NCBI GenBank assembly: GCA_048013815.1
Contig: CM106585.1
Coordinates: forward strand, 15,128,001-15,192,000
Length of the DNA: 64,000 nt
Direction: 5' to 3'
Source of the DNA: Setoptus koraiensis
Lineage: Eukaryota; Animalia; Arthropoda
In this document: positions 1 to 10,000 of the stretch, piece after piece
Layout of the letters: every line of letters starts with the position of its first letter
How positions within the stretch are numbered: the first letter of the stretch is position 1
The notes under the pieces: generated by a model
The model's input: only the letters and a program-made list of their open reading frames with translations
Told to the model about the DNA's origin: nothing
The model's database searches: none
Made by a program: the position numbers and the translations under genes

Positions 1-1183
1 CCTCTCAAAAGCGTGCCACTTGAAACGCACTGGCGGCCCGTGTCGACGCTATATCAGCTGCGTGCGGCCGGGCACAGCCGGCCCGTCGTCGGCCGATACC
101 CAGGTAGGCAGGTTGATGAGAGGGCGCACGGCAAGCTCACAAATCGCTTGTCAGACAAATCAGAGCGCGCGCATATTAATTAGACTCATTACTAATGAGT
201 CATTAGTGACTTGTTCAGCATTGATGGCGTAATGTTGGCTGGAGTTGGCTAATTGATCGGAAAAAGATGGCTGCAGTGCGCTCGGCCGAGTGTCTATTAT
301 GCGTTGTTTATCTTGATTCATTGGCTGCTTATGCTAATAAGCCGTCCCGTGTTTGATTGACAGGCTCGCCCAGGAAGAGCCCGCCTAACCAACCAAACAG
401 CCCATTCGAACGGCTCAACCAACGGGCCTTCTGAGAGGCTCGTGTGAGGCTTGTGTGAGTTGGTGGCCGCGAGCGGCGCCAATAGGAAACAGTAAGCTGT
501 CGCAATAGACAGATTACAAGCGACAACTTATCGATTAGCTGTCACTCGCTTGCCGGATTGGCTCACCTGTGCATTGTCGCTATTTGTTTGCTGTAGCTGT
601 TGGTGTTTGCTACCTGTTTTGGTGATGTTCAGCACAACACATGAGCTGTGTAACAAGTGGCTGACAATTGGCGCCACCTTGAACTGGCATAGAAATCATG
701 GCCATAGCTCGTGCACGAACAGTGGACAAGATTAAAGATGCTATTTATAGGCCACGCATTAGCTAACTGTCGGCAACAGACCGACGACAGGTAACGTGAG
801 CGCATAATTGTAACGGTAAATATGGTAAATATGCCACAGGTCGTCGTGTCATACATGTAGCATGATGCTGGTTGCTGTTTGCCAACAACGAAAAAATATG
901 ACTAATGAGACAACTTGCAAAGACAATTGTCAATTGATAAGCCGGCATAAGCTACCAGCAGCGACAAACAACTCAGCCAACAAATCTCTCTCGTAAATTG
1001 ATTATCTCTCGCGCTGGCTTGCGCTGGCTCACGGCGCTCGAGCCGCATTTGTCAAGGTTCATCAGGGCGATCTCACCTTGATGAACCTTGACAGACGAAC
1101 AGGATGGCTCCGGTCGGCGGGCCAACGCGACGAGGCAACAGGGATAAACATAGCACATAAACACGGGACGGCATTAGCATAAG

Positions 1184-1258
<75 letters not shown>

Positions 1259-1272
1259 CGTTGTTGTTGTTG
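1184..1272. repeat. (TTG)n microsatellite
   Basis: Near-perfect TTG run; source of the poly-L and poly-T ORFs at 1073-1413. Confidence 0.95.
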
Positions 1273-2407
1273 GCGCTGCCGTTGTTGGCGAGTCGGAAAA
1301 CGCCAACGCATTTTGTGCCTACGCGCTCGGCGACACTGTCGGCGATGCCATCACTGATACTGTCGGCGATGCTGTCGGTGATGCCGTTGGCGATAGCGCG
1401 CAGCCAAAGATAAAAGGGCCATTTTTATGCAAATCAGACTCTGCTCGCGACAAGTGTGGCGAGTTGAGCTAACAGTGGGCATTTGCATGCAAACGTGCGA
1501 CAGGTGACAGTGACTCACTACTAGTGAGACGATGCCACGAGAATGATGCGAACGAGCGCATCATCCATCAAGTTTGCCTTTTTCAGCACACATTCTCGTG
1601 GCATCGATTGACTAGCTGTCGGCGTGTGCAAACATTGACCATTTAGCCATGTCGACAGGCACTCGACTCGAGTGACTGTCGAGACGGATATAATAGTCGC
1701 CTTGAATGGCTTGTCGGACAACACAGGCAACACACAAGACAGGTAACGCGGGACAGGTAACGGGTTAACAGTGAATCATCGTGACAATCGCTGGTGTTCA
1801 CACTACCTGTCTAATGTAAAATTTAGTGACTAAATGAGCAATTGTTATTGGCAACGGGCACGCAATTTGAGATTGGTTCATCCGAGCGGCCAGTTGTCGG
1901 CGTTGATTAGCGACGAGGGCGCCACAGGTAGCTGACACAGGCCAATGATGATTCGTTGGCCAGTATTGGCCAATTTGGCCGCGCCACTCGATTATCGCGC
2001 CACTCGATTATCGCCTGACTCGATAGTATCGCGAGTCTCGATAGTATCGAGCCGGACTCAACGGAATGTGTCAACGGCTATTGTAGCGACATATTGTTTA
2101 TTGTTTGGCCTGAGATTGTTTGGCTTCTGGCGAGTGTGTCAAACTCTCACTGTCGACTCTGTCTCACAAGACCCTTTGAGTTGCTCACTCTCTCTGGCCG
2201 GCCAGTGGCTGTGACAGCGACAGTGCCAGCGATGGTGCCAGCGATGGTGCCAGCGATGGTGCCAGCGACAGCCATCAGTGATGGACAGCCAACACAGGTG
2301 ACTTATCGCTGATAAGTTATCAGGCGACAGCGACAGGTGAGTGAGCGCAATGTCAAATAAAAGTGACTCTGCGCTCACCTGTGCCGCTGACGCCTTGCTG
2401 CTGCCCA

Positions 2408-2470
2408 ACACGACACGACACAACGCGACACGACACAACACAACGCGACACGACACGACATGACACGACA
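2408..2470. repeat. (CACGA)-type pentanucleotide array
   Basis: Repeated acgac/acaac units read directly. Confidence 0.8.
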
Positions 2471-2737
2471 CGGCATGGCTCGGCTTGGCATGGCTCGGCT
2501 CGGCTCAGCTCAGCTTGGCTTGTAATGGTTTGGCTTGTAATGGTTTGGCAAGACAAGCAAAGACACGACAAGACACGATAAGACAACTGGAAGCGACTCA
2601 ATCAATGCTGGCAAGACGACAAATGATGAGCTTCCATTTCTGTGCACCAACTTGTGTTGTTTGGCTGCTGCTGCCGACATTGCGTATAAATGGCATATAC
2701 ACAGATTGTTGAGTTTTTGCAGCCAACACAAACAACA

Positions 2738-2740
<3 letters not shown>

Positions 2741-2790
<50 letters not shown>
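2741..2790. repeat. (AC)25 microsatellite
   Basis: Perfect AC run. Confidence 0.95.
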
Positions 2791-2793
<3 letters not shown>

Positions 2794-3032
2794 GAGTCAC
2801 ACAAGGACAGGTGAGCTCAGGTGAGCCAATGGCGAGCGTGCAACAGGTAGCTCGGTGCGAGCGGAGTCGAGGTTGAGTCGCGACGGCTCAATTGGTCCGC
2901 TTCTTCCCCTTCCTTCTGGCCTGATTATTGGCCTTTGCTCACATCTCACCAAGCTACACCAAGCTACACCAAGCTTGCTAGCCGGCCGCATGGAAGTCTT
3001 GCCAATCTGGTCTAGCCATCGTCGCGTCGCCG

Positions 3033-3033
<1 letters not shown>

Positions 3034-3091
<58 letters not shown>
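3034..3091. repeat. (TG)n microsatellite, about 29 units
   Basis: Perfect TG run. Confidence 0.95.
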
Positions 3092-3095
<4 letters not shown>

Positions 3096-4000
3096 CCTAG
3101 GTCGTGTTTATAGCCAGACCATAAACACCGTGAGTAAGAGTCATGGTGACGTTAGCTAACAACCTTTGCCAAGCCAGCGATCTTGCCAGCTTTCAGTGTG
3201 AGTGCAATAGAATTGAGTGAGAGTGCGCTTTCCATTGGCTTCTCTGTGAGCCTTCTTTTGAGCAACATTTCAGCAGCGCAACACAGCAGCAACAAAATCC
3301 CTATTACACGGTGCCTCGAGACGACCAATTCAAGTCAGCCAGCGCCCCATCGTTTATTTGGCAGTCGTTTATTTGGTGCCCATTTATCGGTCTCGCAAAA
3401 TCGCACAAAATCGCGCAAAATCGCGCAAAATCACGCAAAATCTCAAGAGCACAGAGTCGCAACAGAGGCGCCAGTTAGAAAGAGCAAAAGATTTGTATCA
3501 GTCCATTCAGGCCAGAGAATAGGCCAGAAAAGAAGAGACGGCGCAGAGAGGCCGGACATCCAAGTGCATCCGCTGAATCAAGAAGCGGCCAAAGTTTCAA
3601 CCAGCGAAAACAATAGACGAGACAAATAAATAAACAGGTGAATGACAAACGAAAACAAGCGACAAACGAAGATTTCGGGCGCCCACCGAGCGCGCAACTG
3701 GACACTTGTGATGCGTGCCGTGACAATCCCCAAAAACCGCTAAAACCACTCAAAAGTGTCCAAAAGTGTCCAAAATTGTCCAAAAGTGTCAACAACAAAC
3801 GCCAACAACTGCCAACAAGTGTCGACAAAAGCCAAAAGCAGAAGCCATTTTAATGGGCACAAGCAAGCGCATCAAGCACAACAACAGCCACTGCCATCAT
3901 TATACCAATTATTACAATTGCGCCCCAGCTAATTATCCGCTAATTGCGTCATCGCCGGCATTAGCAGCAGCAGCAGCATCATTACGCACAGCAACGGTGT

Positions 4001-7000
4001 ATGGTTGTCATGGCGATCATGTCTCAATTATCATCGTGGTGCTCGCTCCAACTCACCTGTTGGACATTCATAAATTGTGTAATATTTCTACTCAGTTATC
4101 TCAACTACAAGCTACAATTGAAGCATCGCTATCTATACAAGATGTTATCGGTAAGTCACGCACACAGGTCGGCCTAATTGGCATTCAATTTGACATTTGC
4201 GGCTCGTTGCGATCGCATTCGCGGCTCGCTGCGGTCGCATTTGCATTTAGAGCGCGCTTGTTGTTATTGTTGGTCGGGCGAAAAAGTTTTATTTAGTGCA
4301 ATCGCTTTCACTCCGTTCGGTCGCGTTGGTCGTATTTTAAGAATAGATAGATCGTTATCTCACAGCGCATAATTATAATTGCCATCAGCTGAGCGGGTCA
4401 ATAACAGCGAGCGTCTCATCTGGCGAGCTAATCTCGTATCAATTGCCGTCCATTCTCAGCGCAATTCTTTGGGCTCGCTTTATCTTCTCGCGTCTGTTTA
4501 TTTTATCATCGTTTAACTGCGTAATCGCGCTAATTAAGAAACAGATTGAGCAAGAGATTAACAAACAACAACCACAACAATATTGTCGCTAACTGGCGGC
4601 GCGCGCGCGCGATATCGTCAACTGATCGCCGCCGGTCAACAGTGGCCAGTTGCCAGTGTCCAGTTGCCACCACTCACACAATTTGCCCGATCAAGGACGC
4701 GGCCCTCGCTCGACAGCTCAGCCCGGCCGGCCGGCCGCCGGGTCCCGGCGACACAGCGGCAACAGGCAACAGGCAACAGCGACGCCAGTCGGCCAACAGG
4801 TGAGTGTCCAGTGCGACTGGCTCAATTGTCGCTGTCGCTCTCGATTGGCCAAATCCAGGTGAGTGTCCAATTGACAGCGCAGTCGGCAATTGTAGGCCTA
4901 CACTCACTGATTGATGATTTATCAAGCAGGCACCATCTTGTCGGCGCTGGACACGCTCGATTCGAGCGGCTCGAAGCAACTTTTCGGCCGGCCGACGGGC
5001 ACCCTGTGCGACGATGGCCGGCTCAAAACTCATAGTCCGGATAAATTATAAATATTTTTGCCATTTTTTAGTACCGAAAATAAGCCCAAAGTGTGCGTAT
5101 CGAGCCCACACTCGACACTGCCCAAACCCAGAGCAGAGCAAACTGACAAGCAGAATAAACCCAGAATAATACTTGACAGAATGAGACTTCTGAGAATATC
5201 CGTCGCCGCGTCTCGCCAAGACCAGTCACGATCATGATTGTGTCATCCGTTGGTGATTAATTGATTTTAGCACCGCTGGCTACCACTTGGTGGCGCCATT
5301 AATTAAATGCGTGTCCATGGCCTTTCGCCGGTCGCCCTGTTCGCTTGCCTTGCGCGACTCGGACGGCCACTTGTTGAACTATAATTACTGTAACAGCCGA
5401 CACAGACAGTTGATAGAGTGACTTAATAGAGCAGCTGACAATTAAGGCGAGTGTGTATTTATAAACAATCACGGCGATATTTAAGAGCGCCCCCTGTGAG
5501 CATCGCACGCCGGCCGCTGGCATTTGCTATTTGCAGACCGCGATTCGCCGGTTATTTCGGCAAATTCTTTCTGTTGCTCTGTGAATAGCAATGTAAATAA
5601 CAAATGAATTGCGGCGAGCCAGCGACAGGTGAGCCGACAGGTGAGCCGCATTCCAGAGCGCGGTTCCATCTCTGCGTTGGGAACGTTTCCCACTTCGAAT
5701 GGCTATGCGTTTCGGGCCGCAGCGGCGAACGAGAGCGGCAGAAAGGGAGAGCGGCAGAGGGAGAAGGGCAGAGCGACAGCGGCGGAACGGGAGAGCGAGC
5801 TAGAAAGAGCGAGAAGGAGCGAAGGGGAGAGAGGAGAGCGACGGTCGCATTCGGAATGGAAATTTCGGATTGCACGCGGGCGGCAAGCGATTCGCGACGG
5901 TATTGTTCAGCAACGGCAATGGAAGTTGCCAATTGCGCTAACGAGACGTTTGTTTGCTCATTAGTATGCCAAAATAAGTGGTCCTATCTCGGGCGAGCTT
6001 TGTGGTCGCGCAGCCAGTGTGCGCTGTTGTTTGTACGACGGCTTGTCGTTTGTGTCACGTAGGCCATGGCCACGGGCCCGCGGATGCCCGCCGACCGGGC
6101 GCCGACCGGGCGCCAGCCGGCCGCAACACGACGAGCCGGCAACAGGTGAGCGGCGCAATGGAAAGGTGAGTGTCGCCAATGTCAACGTGCCAAGTCGGTG
6201 CAGCGGCTCACGAGTCAGTGTCAGCGCAGTGAGTGCAAAAAGTCAATCGACATCCGATACACGACGACAGCGATAATGATAACGAGTGGCAATGATAACG
6301 ATAACTGGGCTAATTAATAAACAACCGGAATGTCTAATCTCGGCTCACAATTAGCCCGTCTGTCGATTCGTCGTTGTGTGTCGATTGGTCGTTTTGTGTC
6401 GATTGTCGGCGAGTATCGAGCACTCGAATCGCACCCTATCGAGTATCGAGTGCATGCTCAACAGATCGGATAATGTCGAGATAATCTCTGGCTGATTATC
6501 TCGATATTATCGATCGCAAATCGACCATTGCCGGTCACCGCCACAACGAGCGCAACAACAGCAGCCAGCACATCGCGCCGGCAGCCACTTGCAACAAGCG
6601 ATCCTAATCCAGTCATTTGTCGGGCCGGCTGCCGTCGATATTGTCGGTTGTTGTCGATGTTGTTCGACAACATCGGTTGTCGATGTTGTTCGACAACATC
6701 GGTTGTCGATGTTGTTCAACAACGTCGGTTGTCGATGTTGTTGGCTGTTGGTTGTCGGTGTGGATGCGCATTACACAATCAATTAGTCGAAACAAGTGTG
6801 TCAATTATCTTTGTCAATTATCCTCGCTCTGGAATCCAAATCTCATCCCGATTCCCGTCCTTCTGACAACACGTGAGCAGCACCAAACGCTCTTTCGAAA
6901 ACGCGCAAAGCGAACATTTTCTGCGAAGATCGCATTTATTTTTTTGGTTGTTTAGTTCCATTTGGTTATGTCACTACAAGTCGGTTTATACATACCGTAT

Positions 7001-10000
7001 ATGCATGAGAATAAGAATTTTTTTTGCGACAATCGGCATTTCGCATATATAATATATATATAAATGATACCAATATCGCAGTTTGCTATTTCGAGCCATT
7101 CTGCTATCATCGGGACCAGTGTTGGTTAAATATTATTGCATGGCATCGATGCAGTCGCTGCCCCATCTAACTAGCCGTTTTCTGTTGTCGGCTTTCGAAT
7201 CACCGGCCACCGGAAAACAGTTATTTGCAGCTTAGCGAATTTTTATTTTTACCTTTTCCAATCTAACGATTCGAAATTTTGCTCTCGTCTGGCCAGAGAG
7301 GATAATCGCAGATCGCAGTCGTGTAAGCAACTTTGCTGTCGCCTTTTCATCCTTGGTTTCAATTTTACTAATTTTACATTTTGCCAGCAACAAAGAGTTG
7401 CTTCGTGATCGATTATGATGATGACATTGTCAGACCGTGAACTGTCGCTCATTGTGTGCTCAATTTAGTGAGAATTAATTTGCAATATCACAATCTTTGT
7501 CAGCGCCCATCTGACAACGCTCGTACACTGTCATATCACTGTTTAGGTACACGAAAATACCAGAGTAAGCTGACATTTAGCCGGCCTGCTCATATTTAGC
7601 CGTGGTGTATAAATATACTTTTGGCGCCAACTTTATTTAGTTAGCGCTTTTATTTAGTTCATTATTAATATCCATTATCTGTTCAATGTCAAACGAGAAT
7701 TGTAGCAATTTTTGTTACTTTTACTTTAATTTTCATTTCCATTTTCATTTTTATTGCACTTGCAGCGCCGAGTGGCAAATGATAATTGCAACGATAATGA
7801 TTATTTGTAATTTGCGCTAACTCTTAGTCGGGCTAAACTGTATCACTGTCTCTCTTATACGACACTCGCAATAAATAATGGAAATTGCCACTTTACGATC
7901 AACTGGCTACTTCCGTTCGGTCGCCCCACTATCCACGCACACACTATCCACGCACACACTATCCACTTGCACCATCCACTTGCACCATCCACTTGCACCA
8001 TCCACTTGCACTATTCGCTTGCACCATTCACCTAGGCGAGCATATGCCGGCTAGACCCTGTTGCCGGTTGCCTGGTCGGGGGCGCTCGCAACCATCCAGT
8101 GCCAGTGCCCCCAATGTTACCCGATATAATACACTGGTATTATATCAGTGGTATCCATAAATACAAATCCCGTGCCCGGACATTTCCGTGTGTCGGTGCT
8201 GCACCAGATTATCTGGTGCAGATATCGCTGCAATGTCAATGAGAACCCAATGTCAATGAGTGGGCACCCTGAACCAGATATATACATACCGGGATATAAC
8301 AATACGCCGCCCAAATAGATCTCAATCGAACCCTCGATCCCATCCATTTATCCATTTATCCATCTACCATTTATCCGCTCACCATTTATCCGCTCACCAT
8401 TTATCCGTCCGCCATTTATCCGCTCACCATTTATCCGTCCGCCATTTATCCGCTCGCCGCTGATCTGCTCACTAGGAGGGCCTGTGCACCTCGAGGGCGG
8501 CCGCCATGATTATAAACTTTTGTTTGTTGCTCATCTGGTTGCCCATGTGCAAATATTTTCTCACAGAATTAGTGTCCCATTGGCTACCGCACAAACTGAC
8601 CGCCAGAAACGATGCAACCAGAGGGCGCGCAACGAGCCATCGACAATCGGACAAGCAAACGGTTAAACAAAATCAACAACAACTGCAACTACAACCACAG
8701 CAACAGCGGCAGCAGCAGCATTGCGTCAGCGAAACGGGGCCCAAACATTGGAACAGGAGCTTGGCAAATTTTGGTTGTTGTTGTTGCTTTTCAAAGAGCT
8801 GCCAAGTGCAAACAAGCGGCGCCAAGATTGATGATCATCGTTCAAGTTATTCAAATGAGCACGGCCGCCACTGTGGTCAGTTGGCGAACTACAACAGCCG
8901 CAAACTGAATAACTATTGCAATAATCTGGCTAGATCGGGTTACTTGACGGGTCAGCTGACAAACGGCAGCGACAACTGCAAGACAAACAACGGACAAACA
9001 AACAATGCGTGCCATAATGACAACAATAACGGTTGGCTTGAATTGCATAATAATTCATCAGCGGCCCAGCGATCGACAGCATTATTTGGCGGCTCTGTTG
9101 TTCGCTCATCGGCGGGGGCAAATCAATTTTCTGACAGCGACAAGCACTACCCACAAGCCAGCGACTGGATAAAATTGGAATTGGATAGGCAAATCACATT
9201 GAGCAATGGCAAATGTTGGCACAAACATAATGAAGACGTTCAATGGTCAATGTCAGCCAGTTGTTGCAAATTGATTCGCAAACTGCATTCCGTTATTCTG
9301 GCCAGAGCGAGCAAGCTGACGGAATCCATGATTAAATCAATCATCTTGTGCGCCGATTACAGCCGCTCCATTCACATAACGGTGGCGCGAACGATTTTGC
9401 TGGCCTCAGGTGAGTCTGACCATTCAATCATTCGCTTGTTTAGCGCAATTTAGCTGTTGCCGAAATGGCGACAGCGCCGACCTGGCGGTGCAAAATTGAG
9501 AAATGCAATTTTTGCGACAGCTATGGGCTCATTTCGAAGCCGCCGGGTATCGGTAGCGCGCCGTTCGTGCCCCTTCGGGCCGGTCGTGTCGTCCCGCTCG
9601 GACGGCCCTCGAACGACGCCCGAACGGCTCAAACAGCCGTGACCTTTGTTTTTATGCCCTTGCTCGCGTGCGCTGTCGCCCGAGATCGAGTCGAGCCAAC
9701 TGACTAATAACAACAATTCATGCTATCAAATTATGACTTGCAACCACGACACCGACAACCACGACACCGACAACCACGAAAATGACGACAACAACAACCA
9801 CGACGACAACGACGACGACAACCACCACGACAACGACATGCGATCACGTGCCCGCCGAGCGCAGTTGTGCACATCGTGGCCCATGTGATAAACGTGATTA
9901 ATTTCTCCCAACGCTACGACGCGTACCTGACCGACCTGAACATGGCCAAATATCGGGGCCAAAATCCGTTGGAGTTGCTCATGTCAGGTGAGTAGTAACG

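Noticed and set aside
1073-1413. Poly-Leu and poly-Thr ORFs resembling signal peptides or mucins
   Set aside because: Direct translation of the (TTG)n microsatellite; no splice or homology support. The same applies to similar ORFs at 20130-20657, 22332-22735 and 27979-28586.
3766-4296. 176-aa ORF overlapping Nox4 exon 1
   Set aside because: Wrong frame; the Nox4-homologous reading is the frame starting at 4001, which ends in phase 0 at the GTAAGT donor.
6642-6745. CRISPR-like palindromic direct repeats
   Set aside because: Units are contiguous with no unique spacers, there are no cas genes, and the context is eukaryotic.
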